DNA of 64,000 bases from Candidatus Marinacidobacterales bacterium. Its GTDB lineage: Bacteria > Acidobacteriota > Vicinamibacteria > Marinacidobacterales > DATDRI01. The stretch spans positions 5,696,001-5,760,000 of the forward strand of contig OZ245365.1 in the NCBI GenBank assembly GCA_965226495.1, in the 5' to 3' direction. The notes under the pieces are model-generated. The model saw only the letters and a list, made by a program, of their open reading frames with translations. It ran no database searches and was not told where the DNA came from. Of the stretch, positions 52,308-61,215 are shown piece by piece. Every line of letters starts with the position of its first letter. The stretch's first letter is position 1. Both the position numbers and the translations under genes were made by a program.

Positions 52308-52706
52308 ATGAATCAACTCTTTCGGTTCTCCAGTTCGGTTAAACGGGATCCTGCCGTCGATGCCTGGATGGCGGAACATTCGGGTGACTTGGGGGCAATT
52401 GCGCATCACTGGTTTGAGGCCATGCGCAAGTGTGGAGACGATGTCCGAGAACTTTTGCATGACGGCATGCCGACCGCATGTGTAACTGACGCGGCATTCG
52501 CATACGTCAACGCATTCACCGCGCACGTCAATGTCGGGTTTTTTCGCGGCGCCGAGCTTGCGGATCCGGCGGGCCTGTTGGAAGGCACTGGCAAGTATAT
52601 GCGGCATGTTAAGGTCAGGCCGGATGGTGACATCGACGCTAAGGCCCTCATGGGACTTATCGATACTGCATACACGGACATGAAGGACCGCCTTAAGGCG
52701 GAGTAG
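52308..52706 (+). CDS. DUF1801/YdhG-like protein (cassette 5)
   Basis: HVNVGFFRGAELADPAGLLEGTGKYMRHVK. Confidence 0.88.
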   Translation: MNQLFRFSSSVKRDPAVDAWMAEHSGDLGAIAHHWFEAMRKCGDDVRELLHDGMPTACVTDAAFAYVNAFTAHVNVGFFRGAELADPAGLLEGTGKYMRHVKVRPDGDIDAKALMGLIDTAYTDMKDRLKAE

Positions 52707-52757
52707 ATCGTGCCGGCTATCCGTAGATTTGGCCTTTTGGAGGGAATCGAGGCGCCC

Positions 52758-52862
52758 GTATAACAATGGCATGGAGCTGACAGTCCAAAATCGCACCGTC
52801 CTTGCAAAGAGAAGACCAGGGCCGGCGCCATTTTGCCCTCCAGCTCATACCCGACGTTATGC
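52758..52862 (+). mobile_element. Integron attC site 4
   Basis: GTATAAC-AATGGCATGGAGCTGAC ... CAGCTCATACC-CGAC-GTTATGC. Confidence 0.88.
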
Positions 52863-52901
52863 AGACAGGCGTGCGATCCTCTTGCGGCGCTCCCAGTCCG
52901 C

Positions 52902-53381
52902 TCACCGTGACTCTACCCCTTCGGTGTAAACGTAGCGCCGCGCGCGGCTCATGACCGCATGCCGCTCATAGCCGACGGGTTCGATCGTCCTGCCGTCTGT
53001 GCGGTAGGTCGAGATGTCACGCGTGGTATTGCCTCCTGTGGATAGCGTGAGTTCCCACGTCCCGCCATCGATCCGCGTTGCTCGAAGCGACTGACTGTAG
53101 TCACCCTCGCTTGCGGCGGCGACGGTCTCGACAAGGGAGTCGATCGCGGACTCCGGGGGAAGGAAGATCACTCCAGGATCCGCGGCGGCGATGTCCTCCG
53201 CCTGCCGGAGTCGCATGATCTCAGCCGAGGGTATCCCGCTCTCGGGGTCGGGAACTAGAGCCACGACCTCGAAAACATGATTGTATGCTTCCAATCGAGA
53301 AACACGTTCCGGGGGGCCGCCGTAGGCCAAGCAACCAGCAAGGAACCCGGCTGCGATGAATCCAGCAGGCCGAAAGGACAT
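52902..53381 (-). CDS. Hypothetical exported protein (cassette 6, inverted)
   Basis: Signal/lipobox-like FLAGC; lies between attC 4 and attC 5. Confidence 0.55.
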   Translation of the reverse strand: MSFRPAGFIAAGFLAGCLAYGGPPERVSRLEAYNHVFEVVALVPDPESGIPSAEIMRLRQAEDIAAADPGVIFLPPESAIDSLVETVAAASEGDYSQSLRATRIDGGTWELTLSTGGNTTRDISTYRTDGRTIEPVGYERHAVMSRARRYVYTEGVESR

Positions 53382-53516
53382 GGCGGGGAAAGTCTACCAG
53401 ACTTCATGGACGAAGAGCCGGTTCGCATCACGCTGACGAGAGCCTCGGAAAAATGAGCGGGGTTTCAGAGACGATCGCCGGAGCAGGAAAGCTATCGAGC
53501 GTAGGCGCGAATAGCT

Positions 53517-53588
53517 GCATGACAAGACGCTGAACCTGACGGCCGGCACGCGTTGTTGGCCAGCCGCAGGTTAGCGACAACGTTAGAC
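53517..53588 (+). mobile_element. Integron attC site 5
   Basis: GCATGAC-AAGACGCTGAACCTGACGGCCGGC ... GCCAGCCGCAGGTTAGCG-ACAAC-GTTAGAC. Confidence 0.8.
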
Positions 53589-53631
53589 AGTTCTGAATGG
53601 GAGCCAACCGAATGGGTTGCGCTGCGCGTAC

Positions 53632-53689
53632 TTGAAGGAGTTGGCTCCCCGGGTAGGACTCGAACCTACAGCCATCGGATTAACAGTCC
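53632..53689 (-). repeat. att site: duplicated 3' part of tRNA-Asn (copy 1)
   Basis: TTGAAGGAGTTGGCTCCCCGGGTAGGACTCGAACCTACAGCCATCGGATTAACAGTCC is identical to the tRNA 3' part and flank. Confidence 0.95.
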
Positions 53690-56206
53690 CAATCAGGACC
53701 AAACTGACAGCACCCAAGAAGACCTAACCGACACCAAGAACGACGACTTAGACGAGAAGTAGGCGTTCGTGGATCGTCTTGGTTTGGGTTGTTCTGGTAG
53801 CAGCGTGGTAGCAGAACTTACGGCCGAGGAAAACCGGAATGAAACGACTAGGTTGCGCTCAAAGGGAGCGTTGAGTCAAAAGCCCATTTCCGGCCGCGAA
53901 GGCGAACAAACACTGACAAGGGAACCCAATAAGATCAGGCCTCCTCCCGCCAGCAGTTGCCTCAAGTTGTCAGGTTCTGTACGATATTCAAGGACAAAAC
54001 GCGCACAAAATCCTTTCACAGTTGTAAGGCTCGTAATCCTTCCGGGATGACTGGCTGATTCGATTGCCTCCGAGAAAGAGGACCCAGCTTCGTGAGCAAG
54101 GTGGTCGGCATCGACCTGGGCACGACAAACTCGTGCATTGCGGTGTTGGAGGGAGGCACGGCACAGGTCATCCCCAATCAGGAGGGTGCGCGGACGACTC
54201 CTTCCATCGTGGCCTTTACCAACAAGGGCGAGCGGCTAGTGGGACAGATCGCTAAGCGGCAAGCCCTGACCAATCCCCAAAACACCGTCTACGGCATCAA
54301 GAGGCTGATCGGACGGCGATTCGACTCTCCAGAAATCGAGGGCGTCAAGAACGTTCTCCCCTACGAGATGGTCCAGTCCGCCAACGGAGACGCCCACATC
54401 AAGATCGACGATAAGGTCTATAGCCCCCCTGAGCTCTTGGCCATCGTCCTTCAAAAGCTCAAAGCGGCGGCGGAAGACTATCTCGGTGAGCCGGTGGAAG
54501 ATGCCATCATCACTGCTCCGGCGTATTTCAATGAAGCTCAGCGACAAGCTATCAAAGATGCCGGGGCGATCGCGGGACTGAAGGTGCTGCGTATCCTGAA
54601 TGCGCCTACAACCGCCGCGCTGGCCTACGGGCCCCAACATACGCAAGCCGCTACGGTCGCGGTTTACGACCTCGGTGGAGGCACTTTCGACATCTCGATC
54701 CTAGAGCTCACGGACGGGCTTTACCAGGTACTCTCCACCGGTGGCGACACCTATCTCGGGGGCGAGGACATCGATCAGCTCATCATCAATTGGCTTGTCG
54801 ATGAGTTCAAGAAGGAGACCGAGATCGATCTCACCGGGGATCGCATGGCGCTCCAGAGGCTAAAGGAAGCCGCAGAGAAGGCCAAGTGCGAGCTCTCGAC
54901 GTCTGCTCAGTCGGAGATCGTTCTTCCCTTTATCTCCGTAAACCAGTCCGGCCCTAAACATCTCAACACCGTCCTCACGAAAGGAAAGTTCGAGGAGATG
55001 ATCGATCCGCTGCTCGAACGGACTGTCGAGCCGTGCATGAAAGCCTTGAAGGACGCCGGCCTTACGAAAGACGAGATCGACGACGTCGTTATGGTGGGCG
55101 GCCAGACCCGTACGCCCAAGGTCCTCGAGACCGTACGGAAGGTCTTTGGCCGCGAGCCCAACCGAAGTGTGAACCCCGACGAAGTCGTGTCGATGGGGGC
55201 CGCGATCCAGACCGGCATCACATCGGGAGAGGTCACCGACCTCGTTCTGCTCGACATCACGCCGCACACGTTCGGTATCGAAACCAAGGATGGGACGTTT
55301 ACACCGCTCATCGATCGTCAGGCTACCGTTCCCACCAAGAAGAGCCGCATCTTCACGACAGACGCTGACAACCAGACCACGTTCGAGGTTCACGTACTAC
55401 AGGGAGAGAACGAGCAGGCCGCCTACAACACGTCTTTGGGTCGATTCTCATTGGCGCACATTGCTCCCGCCCCAAAGGGTAATCCCAAAATCGAGGTAAG
55501 CTTCGAAATCGACATAAACGGGATTCTATACGTCACCGCCCTCGACCTGGCGACGGGCCACGAGGAGAACTTTGTTCCCCGCGCCACGGGCGGACTCACA
55601 ATGTCTGAGGTCGATCGCCTTCGTGATGAGTTCCGATCCAGGGCCGAAGAGTGGCAAAAAGAAACAGAGCGACAACGAGGAAAAGAACAGCTCCTAGTAC
55701 TGATCGCCAACACGAAGAAGAAATTGTCCGCGGTTTCGGGCAAGCTCACCGAAGACGAGCGTGCTCGCGCACAGGAGGCCCTCGAAGCCGCCGAACAGGC
55801 CACGAGTGGAGACAACCGGGAGGTTAGTGCCGATCCGTCCCGTCTCCAGGCGCTCGCCGAGCGGCTCTCGCAGGTTTCGAATGCTGTTGTGGCGAGAGTC
55901 ATTGAGGAGGCAAAAGCGCACGGTTGGCAGATACAGGTCACCTGCCCTGCCTGCGATACGCAGTTGAAGGTCTCTCCAAAGGCCACGGACCCCGGCAAGC
56001 GCATTAGATGCCCTAGCTGCCGCAACGTCTTTGACTTCTAGCGCCTTGACATCTCCCTGGATGAATACCGAGTTCGCATAGCCACTTCTTTACTGATTGC
56101 TCTTCTTGGCTGACAGCCACAAAAGCCGTCACAAATAGTAGTAGCGAAAAAGTGGTAGCAAAGGCCGGAAACGGGAGGACCCGAAGCCCGCAAGAGTTTG
56201 AAGGAG
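53690..56206. mobile_element. Integrase-less island B at tRNA-Asn
   Basis: Bounded by two att copies; GGTAGCA-type direct repeats near both ends (about 53796-53813 and 56137-56162). Confidence 0.7.
54092..56041 (+). CDS. DnaK/Hsp70 paralog with C-terminal zinc ribbon
   Basis: GIDLGTTNS, YDLGGGTFDIS, VGGQTRTP, LVLLDITP linker; ends CPAC...CPSC. Confidence 0.9.
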   Translation: MSKVVGIDLGTTNSCIAVLEGGTAQVIPNQEGARTTPSIVAFTNKGERLVGQIAKRQALTNPQNTVYGIKRLIGRRFDSPEIEGVKNVLPYEMVQSANGDAHIKIDDKVYSPPELLAIVLQKLKAAAEDYLGEPVEDAIITAPAYFNEAQRQAIKDAGAIAGLKVLRILNAPTTAALAYGPQHTQAATVAVYDLGGGTFDISILELTDGLYQVLSTGGDTYLGGEDIDQLIINWLVDEFKKETEIDLTGDRMALQRLKEAAEKAKCELSTSAQSEIVLPFISVNQSGPKHLNTVLTKGKFEEMIDPLLERTVEPCMKALKDAGLTKDEIDDVVMVGGQTRTPKVLETVRKVFGREPNRSVNPDEVVSMGAAIQTGITSGEVTDLVLLDITPHTFGIETKDGTFTPLIDRQATVPTKKSRIFTTDADNQTTFEVHVLQGENEQAAYNTSLGRFSLAHIAPAPKGNPKIEVSFEIDINGILYVTALDLATGHEENFVPRATGGLTMSEVDRLRDEFRSRAEEWQKETERQRGKEQLLVLIANTKKKLSAVSGKLTEDERARAQEALEAAEQATSGDNREVSADPSRLQALAERLSQVSNAVVARVIEEAKAHGWQIQVTCPACDTQLKVSPKATDPGKRIRCPSCRNVFDF

Positions 56207-56253
56207 TGGCTCCCCGGGTAGGACTCGAACCTACAGCCATCGGATTAACAGTC
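56196..56253 (-). repeat. att site: duplicated 3' part of tRNA-Asn (copy 2)
   Basis: GTTTGAAGGAGTGGCTCCCCGGG...GGATTAACAGTC. Confidence 0.95.
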
Positions 56254-56729
56254 GTGCTCAGCTGAACACCAACGAGCACCAACCGAGTCCAACTGGCACG
56301 AAAGGCTCGAAGAAGCGATGACGGTCGTCTCCGTTGTTTCGGCTAGCCCAGAGCACTTTTGGCACCAACGCGGCACCAAAAGGCGCGGTCAACCAGCCGT
56401 GTTGGTCCTACGTTTCTCGTATCTCGTCGAGACCAAGACTTTGTGCGCGGTCAGACGAAATCTCAGCACTGTGTACCCTTCTCCCAAGGGTGATGCCGAT
56501 CCTTCCTCCATTCGACACGACGAGGAAACGACGCGACGCGCACACCGCGCTGCAAGTTTCATGACGGAAGCATCGTGGGCCGCGTCCGCCGACAGGCGCT
56601 CTTAGCTAGAAATGAAACGCGACGCCGAAAACGGGTCCTTGGTAGGTGACGTCCAAGCCGAACTTCTTGCTCGCGCCACACTGCGGGGTGCGCTCTCCAT
56701 CGATCCAACTCCTTCGTGCCAATGAAAAT

Positions 56730-56757
56730 GGCTGCCCGCGGTTGGCCGCGGGCAGCC
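56730..56757 (-). terminator. Probable intrinsic terminator of the sulfatase gene
   Basis: 12-bp stem GGCTGCCCGCGG/CCGCGGGCAGCC followed by ATTTTCATT on the minus strand. Confidence 0.6.
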
Positions 56758-56827
56758 GATCAACAAACGCTCTTACGAATGCGATTCGTCGATCAACAGA
56801 GTGTCTCGCAGAGCAAGTCCGAAGTAG

Positions 56828-58546
56828 CTACTTTTTGATGCCCCAATCGGCCTCGAATTTCTCGTATTCCCGAGAGCGTTTTAGCACTTCGTCGACATCG
56901 AAAGGAACGTCGCCTTTATTGAAACGAGATTTTGACGCCTTGATGGTTTCGGGCCGCGCGTTGGCAATGCCGGTCAGGGGAAACCCTTTTGCCTCATCAA
57001 CGTTGGGATACTTTTCCATCCAGATCTCATGACGCGCTTTCATAGTGTTAAACATCCCCTTGGTGGGAAACATGGGGAGCATCATGCCTTGCACTTCCCG
57101 CGGGTCGTTGTAGAGGTCGTAGAAAGATGCACCACTGAGTCCCGGGAGCTCGCCCACCCAATGCCGCTTGAATCGGCCTTTGACCGACGCCGCGTAGATT
57201 TCCCCAGTGTAAATATGAACATAATCGCGTCGACTATGGCTGTCACCGTTCAAAAACAGAGACGTTTGGTCTATCCCATCAATAATGCGATCGGTAGGAA
57301 TATGCCTGGTCGCTCCACCGAGACGGGCGAAGGTGGTAAACAAGTCGGTAATGTGAATGATATCCCCAACGGTCTGACCTGGTTCGATCATCCCTGGCCA
57401 CATTGCCATGGCGGCGACCCGGACACCGCCTTCAAGATAGTCACCTTTTCCACCACGATAAAGCGTTTCAACCATTCCCGGCGGGCCGTTATGGGTCATC
57501 GGGCCGTTGTCCGCCATAAAAATGACCAGGGTATTCTCGGCGATGCCTAGCTCTTTCAGCCGTTTCATTAGATTACCCACAAAGGGATCGAACCTCGCAA
57601 GCCCCTCCTGCAGGAATCCACGCGATAGAGTATTTATATCCGGGTGTGGTCCAAAGGCAATAAGGCTGGGCCACAAGGAAACATAGAACGGTTTGTTCGC
57701 GGCGGCGTTCTTCTCAATAAAGGCCATGGTCCGCACTTCTTCCTGTTCCAGCGCCGCGTACCAGTTCTTGAGGTCTGTTGATGGAAGAAACTCTCTGACT
57801 TCTCCACCCTTTATTCCCTCGAGGTGCCACACGGCACCCTTAGGGCGCCAACCTTTATCCAAATCGTAAGGATCGGCCGGGAAAATCTCGGGGTGTAAGC
57901 TAGTTGGTGCTAATGCACCGGCGGCTTCGAGTTGCGGCAGGTACATACTTGGCACCTGGTTATACGGGGTCCACAATGCCTCATCAAAACCCTGCTTGGT
58001 GGCATAACTTTCTTCAACATCACCCAGGTGCCATTTACCGAAGAACCCGGTCGCATAACCGGCCTCACTAAGCACCTCACCCATGGTGACTTCATCTTTC
58101 GCCAGTCCCCCGTATTCGTACGGGAAGCCAACGTTGAACATGCCGTTTCGGCTCGGCATACGCCCCGTCATGGCGGCGGATCGACTTTGGGTACACGCTA
58201 TCTCGGTGTACATCCGCATAAAGATGATGCCTTCACTCGCCAACTGGTTCAGATTAGGGGTTGAAAAACCGCGAATCTTTTGAATCGCAGGCACACCGAC
58301 TTCGCCAACTGCTGTGTCATCTACCATCAAGTGGACGATATTCGGCGGCGTTCCGTGCTTCTCTCGGAGCGCGGCGAGCCTCGCGTCTAGCTCTTCATCC
58401 TCGGCTGCCCACTTGTCGCCGTGCTGGGCCTTTAGGACATAAAACTCGGCGTCGTGTACGATTTCCATATTCTCGGGCTGAGCCCAAGCGAAGCTGCTCG
58501 TCACAAGCAGCAAACAGACTGTCATTCCCGTAACACTTTTCATCAT
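56828..58546 (-). CDS. Exported arylsulfatase-family protein
   Basis: PNIVHLMVDD, CTQSRSAAMTGR, GKWHLG, MADNG; AAGGAG RBS before ATG at 58546; visibly more AT-rich than core genes. Confidence 0.9.
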   Translation of the reverse strand: MMKSVTGMTVCLLLVTSSFAWAQPENMEIVHDAEFYVLKAQHGDKWAAEDEELDARLAALREKHGTPPNIVHLMVDDTAVGEVGVPAIQKIRGFSTPNLNQLASEGIIFMRMYTEIACTQSRSAAMTGRMPSRNGMFNVGFPYEYGGLAKDEVTMGEVLSEAGYATGFFGKWHLGDVEESYATKQGFDEALWTPYNQVPSMYLPQLEAAGALAPTSLHPEIFPADPYDLDKGWRPKGAVWHLEGIKGGEVREFLPSTDLKNWYAALEQEEVRTMAFIEKNAAANKPFYVSLWPSLIAFGPHPDINTLSRGFLQEGLARFDPFVGNLMKRLKELGIAENTLVIFMADNGPMTHNGPPGMVETLYRGGKGDYLEGGVRVAAMAMWPGMIEPGQTVGDIIHITDLFTTFARLGGATRHIPTDRIIDGIDQTSLFLNGDSHSRRDYVHIYTGEIYAASVKGRFKRHWVGELPGLSGASFYDLYNDPREVQGMMLPMFPTKGMFNTMKARHEIWMEKYPNVDEAKGFPLTGIANARPETIKASKSRFNKGDVPFDVDEVLKRSREYEKFEADWGIKK

Positions 58547-59252
58547 CGTGGTACTCCTTCGGTAAAAAGAGGAAGTGGTTGTGTATTGGTTCAGCGTGAA
58601 GATGACAGCGAGGTTGGAGGTTAACGCAACGCCGGGCGGCAGGAAGTCCCCTCTCACCCCAGGGATCGTATCATGGTTCTCGGGCGCTCTCTGGTGCTCA
58701 TTGCTTGTGGGCGAGAGGGAACGGAGTGGGCTTCCTGGGATCAGAGTGTTCATGCTGCTCATACGCTGCTCTCACGCGGCGCCTCCCGAGCCTGCTCGAG
58801 TTTCCGGTCGCGCTCCGACCAGATCTCTGTGGCCTTGCCATCCATCAAGTCCGGCGGCGCTAGGTAGCCGAATCGCGCTGTGCAGGCGAACCCCTAGAAT
58901 TTCAAAGGCGTGAACGCGCTTTCCAACCTACGGATTACGCATAGGATCGCGGCCACGTGAGCGCGACACCTCGGGTCCGATATTTCGTGGCAGCGCGAGT
59001 GTGGTAGACAGGGGTTACGCTCATCTCCGCGCCTCTGATCGACACAGACACTCCTCAACCGCCTTGCCCTGTTTGCTTGAGTTCTGCTACCCTCACCAGG
59101 ACTCACTCGGACTGCACAGCCCTATCCTGGTGGGGGAAATTCGAGCGGACCGGGGCCGGACACGTATGAAATTTCCTATCCTTCTCCAGTACCAAGGGCA
59201 ATACTTGGGATAGGGGAAAGCAAATTCCTTCCTGTATCCTGGGGGACATCCA

Positions 59253-59768
59253 ATGAGGCAATTATCGAGTTTTGGGGTTGTGATCTTTCTAGTCAGTATG
59301 TCTTTGCAAGGCTGTGCGCCGGAGCCGGGGCGTGCCGTCGAAGAAGCTCCCACCACCGAGGCAGACGTGGAGGCGGTCAAGAGGGTGCGAGAGCAAGCCG
59401 TGGCCGCGATCAACGCAGGCGACGCGGACGCTGTCGCTGCTCTGGCTACCGACGACATAGTGTGGATGCCGCAGGACAAACCGACCAGCATTGGCAAAGA
59501 GGCGTTTCGATTGTACTGGGTCGCGCTCTTCGAGCAGTTCGTCTTCGACAGAACCCTCTCCCACGATGAGGTCATCGTGGCTGGCGACTGGGCGATTCAT
59601 CGGAGCACACTGGAAGGCACGCTGACCCCAAAATCCGGGGGTGAGTCGAGGTCCCATAGCGCGAAGGCCATCGACATTCTAAGACGCCAGCCGGACGGCT
59701 CTTGGAAGCACGCACGCATCATCTTCAACAGCAATAGCCCGGATGTTGCCGCTCATCCAAACTTGTAA
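59253..59768 (+). CDS. SnoaL/DUF4440-like (NTF2 fold) lipoprotein
   Basis: LQGC lipobox, AINAGDADA, ILRRQPDGSWK. Confidence 0.85.
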   Translation: MRQLSSFGVVIFLVSMSLQGCAPEPGRAVEEAPTTEADVEAVKRVREQAVAAINAGDADAVAALATDDIVWMPQDKPTSIGKEAFRLYWVALFEQFVFDRTLSHDEVIVAGDWAIHRSTLEGTLTPKSGGESRSHSAKAIDILRRQPDGSWKHARIIFNSNSPDVAAHPNL

Positions 59769-59799
59769 TTCAATATTGGGTTCTGGCCATCCACGCCCC

Positions 59800-59895
59800 A
59801 CTCATCGCGAGCGCGATCCCAAAATCGGTCACCATCGCCTCGCCCTCGTGCAACAGGATGTTCTCCGGCTTGATGTCCCGGTGGATCACATCGTG
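59800..59895 (-). pseudogene. Ser/Thr protein kinase catalytic-loop fragment
   Basis: Minus strand reads HDVIHRDIKPENILLHEGEAMVTDFGIALAM. Confidence 0.8.
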
Positions 59896-60147
59896 CCGCA
59901 GGACAGGCTCATCCCTGCCCCGATCATCCATTCGGCCCGCGCTACGCTGACCCCGAGCCTCAACTAACGGTGAACACCCTTATCACGACCGTAAATTCCC
60001 TCGTCCCGACACTGAGGCTCCGGCACCGTAGAAGACGGCGTTCTGCGGTCGTTATCGGGACCGTGGATCGATCCCAGTTGCGCCAATCCGATGGCAACCA
60101 CGGGGCCTTTCCTTGATTCCTCCATCACGTGGACCGACCTAGCAGGG

Positions 60148-60387
60148 TCAGGTTCGATCTAGCGCGGCAGGATGAGCGCGTTTTGGTCGAACACCGAACG
60201 CGCCGATGTAAATGACATTCCCGTCGCGCACGACGGCAGCGGTCAGTCCCGGTATCCCGCTCGTCCGCACCTGCTCCACCAGGTAACTGTCGATGCGCGC
60301 GCGAAGATCCTGTGCGCTCGCGCCCGCTGCCGCGCCTACGATCGACAGAACAACCAGGTAGTTCAATCGAACATTGGCACCCACCAT
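60148..60387 (-). pseudogene. Truncated serine hydrolase (beta-lactamase family) cassette gene
   Basis: Signal peptide then IPGLTAAVVRDG...AFGVR; stops before the SxxK motif. Confidence 0.7.
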
Positions 60388-60413
60388 GGCTCGCCCTCCC
60401 GACAGCATGGTCC

Positions 60414-60550
60414 GTCTAACGGCTTCCGCATAACCGGCCCAAAGCACACGGGCCTACTTCCCAAAATCTAGCGATAGCGGACACGTGGAGCAACAGTTTT
60501 TTAAGCTAGCACTGGCGCGCTTTGGGTCCGCGTTGATGCGCTGGTTATGC
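60414..60550 (-). mobile_element. Integron attC site 6 (minus strand)
   Basis: Minus strand: GCATAAC-CAGCGCATCAACGCGGACCCAAAGC ... GCTTTGGGCCGGTTATGCGGAAGCC-GTTAGAC. Confidence 0.85.
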
Positions 60551-60575
60551 GCCACACTTCGAGCTGTATTAAGTT

Positions 60576-60885
60576 CTAATAACCGCTCGTTTGATCGGGC
60601 AGAATCACGTTGTTGCGCTCAACATAGTCTTCCCAAAGTACGATCATTTCAGCGAGCTTCTCCGGATGAGACGCAGATAAATCGTGTATCTCGGCCGGAT
60701 CGTCAGAGAGGTTATACAACGGCCATTTATCTGGCATCACCACGGGTACCACCCCATCACGAATCTCATGCTGCGGTAGATATATAATTGTCCAGTCGCC
60801 CTGGCGGATTGCACGCTTGCCGAACAATTCCCAACCCATGTAGTCGCCAGGCTGTCTAATCGTGTCACTTGCCCCGGTCAGCAAC
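60576..60885 (-). pseudogene. C-terminal fragment of an AtsA-like arylsulfatase
   Basis: GWELFGKRAIRQGDW...LYNLSDDPAEIHDLS...W. Confidence 0.8.
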
Positions 60886-60972
60886 GGCACCGTACCAAGG
60901 AGCTTCGGAGCTTCAGGATCGGCAAACACATTCGAGTTCAGCGCACCGCGCTCGATGACTACCTTCGCAAGG

Positions 60973-61001
60973 TTGACAGGTCACTATACGGAGAGTATAG
61001 T
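60973..61001 (+). promoter_or_regulatory. Near-consensus promoter with overlapping palindromic operator
   Basis: TTGACA-17 nt-TATAGT; ACTATAC-N5-GTATAGT inverted repeat at 60983-61001. Confidence 0.8.
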
Positions 61002-61008
61002 CCGCCTC

Positions 61009-61209
61009 GTGCAAGGAAAAGAGCTGCGCGCCGTCCGACAAAAACTCGGCCTGACTCAAGAAGGATTCGCCGAACGCCTGGGCGTCACAGCGAACAGCGT
61101 GGCGCGGTGGGAGCGGGGCGAAATGCCGATCAACCGGCTCGTCGATAACTTCGCCCGGCTACTGAAGCGGACTGACGCGCCGACGCTGAGAGCAAAAAGG
61201 AAAAAGTAA
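61009..61209 (+). CDS. Xre/Cro-like HTH regulator
   Basis: LRAVRQKLGLTQEGFAERLGVTANSVARWERG; GTG 7 nt after the -10 box. Confidence 0.88.
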   Translation: MQGKELRAVRQKLGLTQEGFAERLGVTANSVARWERGEMPINRLVDNFARLLKRTDAPTLRAKRKK

Positions 61210-61215
61210 GGATCC

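Noticed and set aside
53642-56253. tRNA-Asn fragments as extra tRNA genes
   Set aside because: Both lack the 5' acceptor strand and D-arm; they are att duplications.
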